Of a stretch of 64,000 nt of DNA, positions 39,141 through 53,543 are shown piece after piece. Location of the stretch: contig CM082577.2 of NCBI GenBank assembly GCA_040954595.2, positions 18,388,303 through 18,452,302 on the forward strand, given 5' to 3'. Below the pieces are notes generated by a model. It saw only the letters and a list, made by a program, of their open reading frames with translations. It had not been told where the DNA came from and did not search any database. This DNA is from Balanoglossus misakiensis (taxonomy: Eukaryota > Animalia > Hemichordata). A program made the position numbers and the translations under genes. How positions within the stretch are numbered: position 1 is the first letter of the stretch; the number at the start of each line of letters is the position of its first letter.

Positions 39141-39566
39141 TTTATTTCCTGGACTCTTACTGTCATACATTTGTGATACTATTATTACATACAGTTTTGG
39201 AAACAAGGCAGATAAGACTTATTTGAGATTTAGAATTGTTTTCTCAACATGAATGCTAAATGATGTGGATGTCATTGTGTGGCTTCTCCATGTATTTATA
39301 GCTTCCTCCTGCTTGCTTAATTTTGGATACCCACAGTCGAGAAACTGGGTAGTGAATTTGCATATGTTAATGAGATTTTACTTTGAATAGCACAGTCCAG
39401 GGTTTTATCAATGTCGCTAAAAATAGATTTGCGCGAGTGCGCATGCGTCCGGCAACAGTGAAATGCGGACAAAAGCGGACATTGACGTAGCATCGACTGA
39501 GCGAAGCACGTAGCGATAGCGTTGCGCTTTTTACTTTTAAAAACTTTGTTTTGGTTTACTTCCGCG

Positions 39567-39845
39567 ATGGGCGCTACTAAACATTGCTGTTACGGACATT
39601 GCACGAGTGACTCGAGGTACACCGATCGTGTTGAAATGAAAGATGTTTTCTTCATCCGATTTCCGAAGCCACATCGTAATATTTTGAAATGTCAAAAATG
39701 GATTTATGCTTGCGGGAGACAGGGTTTCGGCGTCGACAATGTCAAAAAGGACACCTATATTTGTAGCCTCCACTTCGTAGGCAGGAAGGGACCAACAAGC
39801 GACCATCCCTACCTCATATCAATATTGCAAATATCTCTCGTATAG
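39567..39845 (+). pseudogene. THAP (C2CH) domain, truncated transposase N-terminus
   Basis: CCYGHC...FIRFPKP...KWIYACGR...ICSLHF. Confidence 0.88.
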
Positions 39846-40309
39846 TCATGTCAACAACACTACTTTTATCAGTAAGGACCTGTGGCAGACCACCACCCCC
39901 CCCCCCCCACACACAGCCTAGCCCGTAGTTTATTTCCGCGCAGTATATTGCGTTGGTCTATATTTTTATCGCCTATTCGACACTTGATCTGAGAACATAA
40001 ATAAAAAACACACCAGAGCATAACAACAACGTTTCGAAGAACGACGAGAACATTAACAGTGGACCTATAAACCGGGGTCGCGGTGCACAACATCGTTGGC
40101 GCGCATACATACGTGCAGACGACACAAACACAAGTGGGGAAATATTGAACAGCAAAATAATCTCACAAGAAATAATAAGTTTAACGATTTTTTTCTTGAA
40201 ATTCTATTGCCTTAAATTCATTTCACATCAATATTTAGTATGCCTGCTTCCGAAGAAGCCGGTCAATGCGGAAGTAAACAATAATTACGATGATGAACTT
40301 GAATGAACT

Positions 40310-40459
40310 CATCAGCTCCACTTTTTTCCCACTTGTTTTTATACCTCTACATTTCAGCCACCTTTTAAGTTGCTCAACAGAGTGCTTCTCAACAGATGCA
40401 TATGCAAGCTTTGCACCAGGAACATCCAGTGAAATTGGTTCGTTCGACGCCGGCATCAT
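40310..40459 (-). pseudogene. SAP-like N-terminus of the accessory gene, truncated
   Basis: DVPGAKL...VEQLKRWLKCRGIKTSGKKVEL. Confidence 0.7.
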
Positions 40460-41190
40460 AATGTAAACAAACAAAGCTCGCTCAGCGCAGCCAGCTGATG
40501 GGGCGGTCCTGGGGGCAATCGACGCGTACCCGCGACTTTGTCCGCATTTTCGAACTCATGAATATTCATTAGATTTTGATGACGTAAACCCTGAACTGTG
40601 CTATTTCAACAGCGCCACCATTACTTCAAGAACCGTTGGTGTATTTTTTCACTTTCAGAAAATCGTCTTTTTCTACACCAAATGGTGAGATTTGTGCCAC
40701 CAAACTTCGTCGCTCAGGTTTGATAGACGTAACCTATCGTCCGATCGAGTTGAAAGTGGAAAATTTATCGTATTTCTGTTCGATCTCTGATATTATTTGT
40801 ACGCTACGTCTAGCGAATGTGGTAAAATAAACACTGCGTCGTTTCCGTTTGCAAGCATAAAATTGTTCCAAGTGTGCTTTTTGTATTAGTTTTATATCTT
40901 ATATTTTGAACGGATATCGTTTCGTTTTGGCTCAAGCTTCCCAAAGTGGAGTTTCGGGCCATTGAATTTGAGTATGTTTTGGGTGGTCGACGCCAGCAAA
41001 ATCCAATATGGCGGCTGATTGTTTACTCTCTCATCGGATCGCGATCATGTCACTGAGGTGCATCCACGCAAAATTCTTTGGACTTGTGTATGTCTAAATC
41101 GTGTATATTTTCGTCTCACATTAACATAGCTATCACTTTGCTATTGTTTTACCAGAGAAGTGGATTTTTTTTTTCGGATTTATTGGTGCA

Positions 41191-43255
41191 TTGTTGGCTT
41201 CCAGGGTTATACTACTAAGTACATGCTTGTACTACAGATACCATAAAACGCAGAAAAATGGTGATTGTATGTGGAGTCAATCCTTGTCTTTGTGGACAAG
41301 GAGGGTGCATCGTTCACGCATAAACTCTGTCAGTAAAAATGCACTGTTGCAAATTAACAAAACCTGCTCTGAAGTGGAAAAAAACAAGGTTCTGTATACA
41401 CACTCAACTGAAATAAAAACAAAAGTTGCAAATATTTTAAATGTGCTTAAAAGTGCTAGCAAGCCTTCATTTAATAATTACAAAGCTTACAAGTACCATA
41501 TTTCCACATTTGTACGACTGGCAGAGCATCAATATAATATTTGTATTAAAAATGCGGGATAAGAGTAAAGTAAAAATTAATGTAGTGAAACAAATAAAAA
41601 CAGTGTGTAATCAACTGCAAGAGTTTAAAAAATTGCTGCAGTCTGTGTGCAAAATGTCAGGACCTCTAAAACATCATTGCCATAAGCGTCGCCAAGAATT
41701 TATAAAAGACAAGTCCATTATTATGGCAGAAACCATGATTAAAAAATGTTTGTCACAATGCAGTCAAGCCTTACTCCTGTTATGTGACATACAAAGCAGA
41801 TTCTGTAGACTCAAATCAAAATTCAAGGCAATTCAATCTGATAAAAAGATTGCAAGTGGATTATCTGAGGAATTAAATTTGAACACTGATAGTTGCAAAT
41901 TATTCTTTCAGGGAAAACCCTTGTATGGACGAATAAATATACCAACAAAAAGGGGATGCATTTATACATTTATATTAGTGGGTTTGGAGGAGTTCTTCCA
42001 TTAAGTCAGCAGGCTCACCCTGACAAAGAAAAATGTGGACCCTGTCAAAAGTGTAGCATATCATCAACTCCAAGATGGTACCACATACCGGGTACAGTAA
42101 ATAAGCCAGACAATTTCAAAGATTGGGTTGTAAAAGAAATGAATCTATCTCCATCTGGTTGTCTATGCAATAGCTGCAGAATATGTGTAGAAAAAGACTT
42201 TGAAGCACAAGCCCAGGGTAGTACCAAACAGGCACCTCATCAAAAAGACAAAACGTGTCACATTTGTGGAAATGTCTCTTGCCACAAAACCAGGGTGGAT
42301 GATAAAACCAGATTTCTAGCCATGTTTAATTTTCATAGGCAATGTGAGAGTGCCGACTTGCCAGATGATGTAGACTTATGTGCAGCTCCCTATATGCAGT
42401 GGTGCCAAAGATAAATCCAAAATTGTTGCATCCCAGATTGTCATAAACGCTTGACCTCTTCTACTCTAAATATCCCCACAATCCAGAGTTACTAATGGAG
42501 CACTTTACTGAACATGGGGACTATCCTGGATTAAAACTGGATGAAACTAGCACACTGTGTAAAAAAGGGCTACATGCCTTTGTATCGCACAGTAGAAAAA
42601 TGAAAAGAAAAAAATTGTCACTCAAGTGACACAGGGTTATCAAACATTATATGTAAACTTCAAGATAATTTGATAATTTTAATCCAGAGGCTGAGCTGGA
42701 TGAAATAATTTTAATCAAAAGAGCAATGCAATGCATGTTGGGGACAAACTGGTTTTTGGAGAACCCATGTTATTGGTCACAAGCTCACCGACATCACATT
42801 ACACTTCCTCCTCATGAAAACTCAGGATACAATGTGGAAAATGGGAAAATAAATATACTGTGGGATTCTGTGGAAAATATGCAGAAGGTTCAAGAGCGTG
42901 TGATGTTTTACACAAAAGGGTGTAAATGTAAGAAAACAGGATGCAGGAATCATACATGTAAATGCAAAAAGAAGGACATGATGTGTGGCCCAGGCTGTAA
43001 TTGCCTGAACTGTGTGAACAATACAATAACAAGGGCAGGGAACTGCAGACAGAAACTGATGAAATTATTGATTCAGAAGAAGAAACAAATAATGATGATA
43101 ATGAAATCACAAATTGTGAAATAGAAGAAATTATTGAGGATGAACAAGAATATGATTTACCAGAAGAAAATGTTCTCGAAGTTGATGATAGCACCTTGAC
43201 AGCGATGATGAAATTGCTGGGTAAAACTAGCAAATGTATTTGCCAATGTTACTAA
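41191..43255 (+). pseudogene. Degenerate Cys-rich transposase relic (Academ-like, CXC C-terminus and acidic tail)
   Basis: Several frameshifted ORFs; WSQ..LPP..G..ILWD...GCKCKKTGCRNHTCKCKK..CGPGCNCLNCVN; the central catalytic part appears deleted. Confidence 0.6.
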
Positions 43256-44583
43256 CTCAGTGTGGCTGTACGTGGCAGGGTGGGGGGGGGGCATGCAACA
43301 TACGCGGTGACTTGCAAGGAGAGTCAGTATTTCGCATAACCGTAGCCGCAATAATTGTAGCCCTGGTGGACTGGGTCGTGCAGGTTGGGCTTTAGCTCAC
43401 ATTGTGTGGTTCGCGGCTTGTGCGAAGCTCACTTTAACGCCGGGAACTTACAGACCTAACTTCGACGCATACACATCGCGCGCAACATCGAAACCCGGAA
43501 GTAAGTGACCTGGATCAGTCAACACTGCGTCGTTTGCGTTTGCAAGGCGGCACTACTCCCATATTTGGACTGAAGTACCCTTGAACTTTCCAAATCATGT
43601 GATTGAAATATCGTGATGGCTCACGACCTCCTTGACCCCGTACCCGTTCGCTGAAAGTTGGCCCGTCGTAGCGTGATAAATCACCGTAATGACTGGTGCC
43701 GAGATGGGTCGTGAATTGCAAGAAAATGACGCTAAAAATGGCAGATTTTTTCGTTATCCCAATAATTACTTCATAATACCTCAGAAAAGTTGATTTTTCT
43801 TTTTCTTTCGGGGTTTTTAACCCTTTCCTTCCGATCTCAGTGAAAACACGTAGGAAAAAATGTGCGCCCTGACAGGCTAGCTACGGAAAAAAACGTAGTT
43901 GAACTTTAACCTTATTTAAATAAAGATTTTAGCCTATAGGGGGGTTACTAAATTGAGCATTGCATAGGGGAATTCCTGCCCTCTCTAATGATATATGATA
44001 AGCCGGCTCTTGAATATTTATGTGACCTTTGCCGTTTGTTTTGCTTCCGTATTGCGTGATTTTTTGAGTGGCGATTTTAAAAATGGCTGATCTGAGCGAT
44101 AGTGTGGAGGCTGGACATCGTATTGCGGATATTTTTTGTGACAGTAGCTGTGATTCATTTTATGGTTTTACCGAGTCCGATATCGAAGATGACATACCCT
44201 TGGCTCAACTCTGCAATAGACATGCATCGTCTGACAGTGAGGTGGGATCGGACTTTGAAATTTCTGACGCCGATGATGAAGCCGGAAGTAATGTTGGAGA
44301 ATGTTGGTATTACGCGGGAATGTCACAACCGGAGCGTGTTGGAACTTTTCAAACTCTTTTTCACGGGAGTTGTAATGAACCACATCGTCGCCGAAACCAA
44401 CCGTTAGGCGAACCAACAGCGTGCAGCAGAAGCCGGCGGCCCTAAATCGGACTGGCCTGAGAACGGCATAAATATCGCACATCTTGAAGTTTTTTCTGGG
44501 ACTGACCATTGCCATGGGCCTTGTTGATAAGAAAGGGTCGTTCAAGGATTACTGGTCAAATTTCTGGCTGACTCGATTGCCGG

Positions 44584-46077
44584 TGTTCTGCCATCTATAC
44601 TCCGCTGCCATCTATACTCCTTGCTCATTTGCATACATGCATATGCATATTCTTCTTTTGATATGCAAATATGTAGTTCTTGTCAATCTATACTCACGGT
44701 CGCGGTAGCTCGGGTCAAGAATAACCACAAGATCACTACTTTTTCAACCGTTTTTCATCGTTTCGCTACATAAACAAACGAACGAGCCGTTCGGGGAAGA
44801 TAGAAATACATGCGATACAGGTGTAAGATGGTTTTGTTGACTGAATTTGAAGAAGTATAGCAGTATAGATGGCAATGAGAGTATAGATGGCAGGGTCCTC
44901 TGTCAACTATACTGCCTGCCATCTATACTCCCATTGCCCTCGATCCATCCTGCCATCTATACTCCCATTGCCCTCGATCCATCCTGCCATCTATACTCCC
45001 ATTGCCCTCGATCCATCCTGCCATCTATACTCCCATTGCCCTCGATCCATCCTGCCATCTATACTCCCATTGCCCTCGATCCATCCTGCCATCTATACTC
45101 CCATTGCCCTCGATCCATCCTGCCATCTATACTCCCATTGCCCTCGATCCATCCTGCCATCTATACTCCTATTGCCAATCAAGCCCCTATAGCTGCCCAA
45201 TTTCACATATATTTTTTCTAAAGTAAAATATTTCAACTACCAGTATAACCCCTATATTCTAAAATCGTCACTATATAGCCATATTACTTGCATTTGCATC
45301 AGTCTGCCATCTCTTGTCGACGCATACCGTGATAGCTGCGTACTGTTTGTATGGATGTTGATTGAATTGGTGCGGCACCGTTTAAATACAAAGCGCGCGT
45401 TTTAAAATCACTACATACAGCCACAATCGGGCATCTTTAAGGTGTTCATCTATATCAGTAAGCTTTATGGACCAATTTAAATGGAAAATATAAAAGTCAT
45501 GAAGATAATGCAAAACGTATTGGCAGCTCTGGAGGCTTTCATACACTAATAACACGCACACATTAGATAAATAAATGCACAATTTGCTATCGACAGTACA
45601 GTAATTTTCATGCAAGTCCTGTAGAACGAACTTTCGCAAACCGTGATCAAACGAACTGAGCCCACAGTCGCACGACCGAGCCGACCATTTTCGGGTACCG
45701 GGTACTTGAGTTTATGTGCGTCGATATCAAGGCCACTCCCCACAGCACTGACATGAGTCGACACATGTCCCGGCGAGTCGAACGTTAGACCCAATGCCAG
45801 GCTTATGTGAAGAATAAAACATAAGTTCTGTTTTATTATTTTTGAAACAGCCAGTATGCTACGTTACTCTTAAAGAGAAAATTAACGCTATACTGTAGTA
45901 TAGTTGGCAAGAGAGCATAGTTGGCAAGAGAGCATAGTTGGCACACGCTTCTGCCATATATACTCACGTAACATACTGTATTAGAATATCATTTGCATAT
46001 CAAAAGAAGAATATGCATATGCATGTATGCAAATGAGCAAGGAGTATAGATGGCAGCGGAGTATAGATGGCAGAACA
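44584..46077. mobile_element. Ginger1-type non-autonomous DNA transposon
   Basis: TGTT...AACA termini, ~87-bp TIRs, CCGG TSD; removal restores the piggyBac frame L-P-A-F. Confidence 0.8.
44917..45175 (+). repeat. 34-bp minisatellite x~7.6 containing the element's TIR motif
   Basis: TGCCATCTATACTCCCATTGCCCTCGATCCATCC. Confidence 0.95.
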
Positions 46078-48757
46078 CCGGCCTTCAGTGCTACGATGCC
46101 AAGGGACATGTACTGTCAGATACTGCGCTATCTCCATTTCGTTGACAACGAAACTGCCGTAACTGATAGAAACGATCCTACTTTCGATAAGCTATGGAAA
46201 ATCCGTCCAGTATGGGATATGGTCACCGGTTATCTGAGAAGGTACATACATCCCGAGCGGTGTTTGTCGATCGATGAGTCCATGATTAAATTCAAGGGGC
46301 GCATTTCTTTCCGGCAATACATCAAGAACAAGCCAACAAGTGGGGAATCAAAGTCTTTGCTTTGGCCGAAGCCAAATCCGGGTATGTGCTGAATGCAATG
46401 GTCTACACGGGGCGGGTAACTCTACAACTCAGTGACTCTCCAACAAATGAAGTTGTCCTTCAACTATGCCAACCGTACACCAATAAAGGACATTACCTAT
46501 TCAGTAACAATTACTACACCAGCCCAACTTTATACAGCGAGTTGGAAGACAAGCAGATCTTAGCCTGTGGTACTGTGAGAATGAATAGGAAAGGGCTTCC
46601 CGACGACATGAAAAAGTCTACCCCCATTGTGAAAAATCTGAGACGTGGGGAGTCTGTATATTGGCAGAAAAGGTGTATGACTGCTGTTGTGTGGAAAGAT
46701 TCAGCTCATGTATCTTTATTGGCTACAACACCAGTCAGCGACAACTCACAGGCAGTGCAGAGATCTGTGAAAGTGGGAGGAAGATGGACTCGCCAGGAAG
46801 TCAACAGACCGGAAGCGATTGCCCAATACAACAACTATATGGGTGGAGTTGATCTGGCTGATCAACGTCTACAGTCATACAAGAGACACATGAAAGGACA
46901 GACATGGTATTTCCAAATATTTTGGTATTTGTTGGAAGTGGCTATCTTGAATGCTTTCTTGTTGTTCAAGAAAAGCAATCCTGCAACAAAGAAAACCATG
47001 TTGAGATTCCGTGAGGAATTGTGCGACCAGCTTATTGGCAGTAGGTCGTTCACTAAACAGCCAGGTCGACGTCCTTCAGCACCTCTTCCTGCTGATGTCA
47101 GGTTTGACAGAACCAGAGAGCATGCACCTGAAAGGAAAGAAACCACCTCTACATGCAAAGTACATCTGCAAAGGAAAGACACAAATTAAAGCTGCAAGCA
47201 GCGTTGGCGGGGCACAAGCGGTTCCCATGGTGACCAGCAAATGCCACGGCTGTATCTGCTGGGGATACCAAGATATGGGAAAGTAGGTCAAAGGTCACCT
47301 GAGGTCACCCCAAATTTGGGCAAAAATATTGGACCCCATACTAGTCTAGATCCAACAAAAAACCAGACCCCTAGCCCTATTGGTTCGCCTGCAATTAGGT
47401 ATGCACATAATAATGAGGTCTTGTGTAAGACTCCATATGTGCTCCATCGGCCCCCCAAAAGCCAGGACTCTAACTGCTGTGGATGCTGAGATATGGGAAA
47501 GTAGATCAAAGGTCATCCAAGGTCACCCAACATTTGGGCATAAAATTTTGACCCCAGAGTGGGCCATGTCCAACTAAAACCAGACCTCTAGCCCTATTGG
47601 TTAGCCTGGAATTAGATATGCAGAAAAATTATGTTTCAGAAATAGGTCAAGGGTCATTGCCATGGGAAAGTAGATCAAAGGTCATCCAAGGTCACCCAAA
47701 ATTTGGGCATAAAATTTTGACCCCAGAGTGGGCCATGTCCAACTAAAACCAGACCTCTAGCCCTATTGGTTAGCCTGGAATTAGATATGCAGAAAAATGA
47801 TGTTTCAGAAATAGGTCAAGGGTCATTGCCATGGGAAAGTAGATCAAAGGTCATCCAAGGTCACCCAAAATTTGGGCATAAAATTTTGACCCCAGAGTGG
47901 GCCATGTCCAACTAAAACCAGACCTCTAGCCCTATTGGTTAGCCTGGAATTAGATATGCAGAAAAATGATGTTTCAGAAATAGGTCAAGGGTCATTGCCA
48001 AAATTACCAAAATATTTGTGTCATGTCCTGGCAGCATTGGTACCCATGTCCACAAAATTCATGACTGTGGTGCTTTGACAAGAGGAGGTATGGGGAATAT
48101 GCATATATAATTAGTTGTTTTAAAACTGGGTCAAAGGTCATGTGAAAATTTCCCCGAAAAATTGTGACAACTTCCGGTCATATGATGACTCATATCCAAA
48201 AAAAGAATTTCCGTGCTGTCAACATTTTGGCTACAAAACGGAATTTTCATTTTTCAATGGTTTTCCGATAATCCAACATGGCCGCCATAATGATCGACCA
48301 ATCACAGTGCGCTTCGCAAACTTGATAGACATAGGTTAGGTGACCACATACCCCGAATCCCGTGACTCGGCAATCGCTGGTTCTGGAGAAGAAGATTTTT
48401 AAAGTTTTAAGTAGTTTTTCAGAAAAACAATTGTAGCAAAAAAACTTTATGTGTGACGTCATGATTTCAATGGAGTAAAATGATGGACAGAAGGTAGGCT
48501 ACCTGCACACCAAATTTGAACTCGATCGGCCCAGCAGTTTTTGAGAAGGACTCGTTTAACGATTTTCAGGAAATCCAATATGGCCGCCAGGTCACGTGAC
48601 TAATTAAATATTCACGAGCCACTGCACGTCTACTCATTGGCCCCTATCACCCTACCAAGTTTCAGCCCCCTAGGTGCAGCGGTTTTCCAGATCTACCTCG
48701 CCGAATTTCTCGGAAGAAGAAGAAGAAGATTTTTATTATAAGATTTTCAAGCACCAT

Positions 48758-49330
48758 TTAATTAAGCAATAACCCCCGCTGCAGGCGGGTATACACGAGA
48801 TTTGGGTACAATTCGAGACATATAGCACGAGCCGTCAGGCGAGTGCTATATGGAGCGAATTGTACCCAAATCGAGTGTATACCCGACTGAGGCGGGGGTT
48901 ATTGCTATTATATTATATCAACAACTGTTTTTGTGGCATATCAGTGTCATTTTCTTACCGAAACGGCGTCAGAAAGAGAAATTACGATCGTGAACCAAAA
49001 TGGCGACGACGAATGTAAACACGCGCGGCCGGGATCGAGCATTAAACATGCAGCAGACGACAAAAAGTGACAAGACGGGCATCGCGCGTGGCAAAGCGAT
49101 GAATATATCCACAGAGCAGTTCCAAAATAAAACGTCCGTTAATTCAACAGTATTTTTGTTTTATTTATTTGGTTTAAACACGCGCGACTGTGGTTTAACC
49201 GCACATTTTTGCTGCCGAATGCTAGTTCAGGGGCCCGTTTTACCACTGCTAGCCATGGTAAAACAGTATTTTACCATCGCTGGATTCAGCTCTCGTCCAA
49301 TCAGAATCACGGACGGTGGCATGATATAAT
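48758..49330. mobile_element. Fold-back non-autonomous element (Crypton-like, tentative) in the Tx1 3' UTR
   Basis: Imperfect ~142-bp palindrome 48765-48906 (AGCAATAACCCCCGC...GCGGGGGTTATTGCT); GC-richer than the flanking UTR. Confidence 0.45.
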
Positions 49331-49530
49331 ATAATATAACTTTACCAAATTATAAAGCTATAAAAATATATGTACAGTTACAGGTGAAAGTAAATCAACA
49401 GAAATAAAATCTATACATATACACAGTGAACAAATGTTCATTGTCTAGTGCTTGCCATATGTTAGGTTAAAAGCCCTTTTTCTATAAAAAAAACCTAACA
49501 GTCTGATATACAAGTCTGATTATACAAATA

Positions 49531-52500
49531 CTATATACAGAAAATAAGTTCATTATCTCTTACAGTACACAAGGCTGAGTTCATTGCCCAAAACGTTTCA
49601 AAGTAGGTCAAATTACTAGTGAAATTGCAGTACTGATACTCAACCATTAAGCGCGACTTCACACGCTTCCTAAACAAATCAAATATATCGCAACTGGACT
49701 TATTTTTAATCTTGTTATAGTGGGAAATGTGAATAACTAACTTGGTAGTTATGAAAATAAAGTTTGCAAGGCGCATAGCTGATTTTTTGCCCTTACTGTA
49801 TGGAGGGCCAATAATGTACCAATTCTGAGGAATGGTGTCTAGGCCACAGATTTTCTCAACAATGCCACGAATAAAAATAAGAAAGTTATGCAACCGCTGG
49901 CAATCAACGAACATATGCCTAATGGTGTCAATATGATTACTACAAAACGGGCAATTCGCGTTGTCTATATAACCAGCCGAATGCAAATAGACACCTGTAG
50001 AAATAGCACCGTGGAGGAAACGCCACTGTATGTCACCCTCTTTTTTGTATATAGGTCTATCATAGATTATGCCATAGTTGGGCTTCACAGTAGCTGGATT
50101 ACACAACAATTCAGTCGGGAATTTTGAAGAACCCTCGCTAGTCTCATAAAGATTATCAATAAGAAAGGTATAAATAGCTCCTTTTTCAAGTTTGTAAAGA
50201 CAAGTCTGAATATCATCGCCTTTTTCAGCAAGTGAAGTGCTGAGGGTATAGTGATACAATGGATTGTTCAGTGCCTCCTGAATAATGGGACTACAAGTAC
50301 AAATATCAAAAAAGTTGCTAATTATGGTACCAAAACTCTTTAAAATTGCTTCTGTAAATAAATGCAGTTTAGAAGCAATAATACGTTGGGAACGAATAGA
50401 AAGCACACATTCAAGTTCATGAATAGTTTTCCACTTACGATCATTTAAATTTATAAGGTCAACAACCTTTGTCAGACCCCCACTAGCAAACTGATCAATG
50501 GGAAAATAATGACCCGTGCTCGGGTTAATTATTAACTTGTTCAAAAACAGCGGCTCATTTAAAACACCTTCAATGGTAAAGGGTTTTCCATCACGTCTAA
50601 TAACCAAGGATCTCGAATTAATCACCCTCCACACATCATGATAGAAGTTTGGCATAAAAGTATTAACTCTCAAATCTTTTAAACCGACACAAAAAAGTTG
50701 TTTGTCATAATGTAGATCTTCGATATTGCCAAGATAATAGTCAAAGAAAAAATAACAAGGATGTTTCTCATTCCCATATAAATATCGTTGAAGGTGCTGT
50801 AACCTAAAAGCATTTAAGTGAGACTGGAGATGAATAAGACCCTGCCCACCCTTTTTAACGGGTAGATACACAGTTTCCCTAGCAACCCAATGACGACCTT
50901 GCCACAAAAAGTTAAGAAATTTCTGCTGAAGAGCATCAATAAGATCTTTAGGAAGTGAAATAACTGCTAAACGATGAAGAATCTTTGTAGCGGCCAACTG
51001 ATTAATGACCAAAACACGGCCTTGATACGATAACGCAGTTGCAAACCGCTTCCACTCATTCAGTTTAGCATCAATCATCCGACTCATGTCCTCCCAATTC
51101 TTAACAGCATAGGCAGCCTCGTTCCCGATAAAAACACCTAACAATTTTAACCCACTGGAAGACCATTTGATATTTAAAGGAGAGTCACCCCGCCCTTTCC
51201 ATCTACCACACCACAAGCCCTTAGATTTAAAATAATTAATCCTCGCATTAGAAGCTCTTTCATAAATGTTAATCCAATGCTGTAAATTCATAAAGTCGTC
51301 ATCATGACTCATCAGAAAGCTAATATCGTCTGCATACGGCGATAAGTGACAACGCTTCCTATTGGAGTTTGGAAGTTCAAAACCACGCATGTTACTCTGA
51401 GTACGAACTTTATGTAGAAAAGGCTCAATGCAGATTGAGTACAACTGGCCCGACAAAGAGCACCCCTGCCGGATACCGCGATTAAAAGAGATTGGTGCAG
51501 TAAGCCCATTATTCAGCTTCAAAAGACTTTCAGTGCTAGAGTAAAGGAGTCTAATATAGCTAATAAAATTTGGACCAAAACCAAAAGCCTGCAAAGTCTT
51601 AATCAAGTAACTGTGATGGACCCGGTCGAAAGCCTTTTCCTGATGCAACGACAAAATACCAAGCGTCCTATTCTGATCATTAGCATACTGAACAACATCA
51701 CGAATAAGGGTGATATTATCAGAAATACGCCTTCCAGGGACACAGTAACTTTGATCAATATCAATAATATCTGATAAAACAGTCCGAAGACGAATTGACA
51801 AAGCTTTCGTTAAAATTTTGTAGTCCGAACATAGGACAGAGACAGGACGCCAGTTTTTCAATAAGCTACTGTCACCTGTTTTAGGGATTAAAGTTAAAAT
51901 AGCTCTTCTACAAGATAAAGGAAGAGTACCATCCTGAACCGCAGCAGTGAAAACTTCAAAACAATCTTTGCCAAGAGTGGACCAATTTTTTTTATAAAAC
52001 TCTGCCGGGAGACCATCAATACCCGGGGAAGCATTATCATTGAGAAGCGTCAGCGATTGCGTAAATTCCTCAAAAGAAAGAGGCAAATCAAGAAAACTCT
52101 GCCGGGAGACCATCAATACCCGGGGAAGCATTATTATTGAGAAGCGTCAGCGATTGCGTAAATTCCTCAAAAGAAAGAGGCAAATCAAGAGCACGCACAT
52201 TTTCCTCATTAAGAGTCGGCAAATCTTTTAAAAGAACATCTTGAGCCTCAATCGAAACAGCATCTGGAGAGTAAAGATCAGAGAAGAAATCTCTCGCTAA
52301 TTGACGAATTTGAGACGGGTTTTCTGTGAGCTCACCATTCATCATACGCAAATGAGTCATGAATTTTTTCACACCTTTGTGGCGTTCCAGATCATAAAAG
52401 AATGACGTAGAACTGTCACTTTCATTCAGCTGTTTGAACCTTGACCTAACAACAGCGCCTTGCACCTGCGAATGAATAATCTTGTCCAATAGATTTCTCT

Positions 52501-53505
52501 TTTCAACAAAAACAAGCCTCTCCCGTGAATACTTTCAATGTTACGTAATTCACACTCCAGGTCGCGTTTCAGATTCATTTTCTTCCATTTTCTTTCAGTA
52601 CAATACTGCTGGGTCAGAAATTTAATCTTTTGTTTCCCTATGTCCCACCACACTTGAATAGAACTATAAAGTGTTTTACGCAATTTCCAATTCGCCCAAA
52701 AATCAGCAATGAGCTCGCAATAAACTTCATCTGATAACAATTCAGTGTTTAAACACCAAACCGCACTGCGTGGTTTAAAATTAGATTGTGAAATGCCCAA
52801 ATTGACAACATCATGGTCAGACTTAAACCCAGGAACAATAGAAACAGACTGAATTTTACTGCACAGATGTTTAGGTATGTAAAAGCGATCAAGTCTTGCC
52901 GCACTACTCTGTCTTTTCCAGGTAAAGTTCAAAGTGTCTTGACCGTGAAAATGTCTCCAGGCATCACACAATTTAAAACGATGAATGATATTAGAAAGTA
53001 AATCAGAAGAGATATGATCAGGTTCTTTGCCATTCAATCTATCTTTACCCGGATTAATGGTACAATTAAAATCACCCCCTACAATAACAATGTCATCATT
53101 TTGCAAGTCATTCAAGAGCTTTTTCAGCTCACGAAAATTATTAAGCCGTTCACTATGATCCACAGAAGCATACATATTAATAAAGTTGTAAGTAAAATCC
53201 TTGATTGTCGCTTTGACATGAAGAAGTCTACCCGGAATTACCGAGCGAGAACTCACAATATCAACTTTTAAACCAGGTGAAAATAATATTGCAACACCAC
53301 TGCTATTTGAAGAGAGGTGAGAAAATTCACCATGACCCCTCCAAATCAGTCTCCAGAGGTCTTCATCAAAAGGTACAGAATGAGTCTCTTGAAGAAAAAA
53401 TACATCCGAACGTTGAAATTTTTTCAAAAACTCAAAAGTTTGATAGCGTTTCATCGCATCTTTACACCCTTGTACATTAAAAGTTGAAAGTGTAAGACAG
53501 ACCAT
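49531..53505 (-). pseudogene. Tx1 ORF2 (APE endonuclease, RT, C-terminal Zn finger) broken by a frameshift near 52480 and a 97-bp tandem duplication (51996-52189)
   Basis: TFNVQG, FLQETH, GGDFN, RLDRFY, SDH; NWRPVS, GIRQGCSLSG, YADD; CPFC..H..C. Confidence 0.95.
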
Positions 53506-53543
53506 TATCAATAAATAAAAGTAATATCTAATGAAATCCATGA

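Larger units (their letters stand above)
39389..40602 (+). mobile_element. Internally deleted ISL2EU-like element retaining the 5' ends of two convergent genes
   Basis: TIR AGCACAGT(C/T)CAGGGTTT with AT on both sides; THAP ORF on + and SAP-like ORF on -. Confidence 0.75.

Noticed and set aside
44917-45175. 34-bp repeats of CRISPR-like length, and ORFs 44847/44887/45002
   Set aside because: Head-to-tail repeats without spacers; the ORFs are just stop-free repeat translations.
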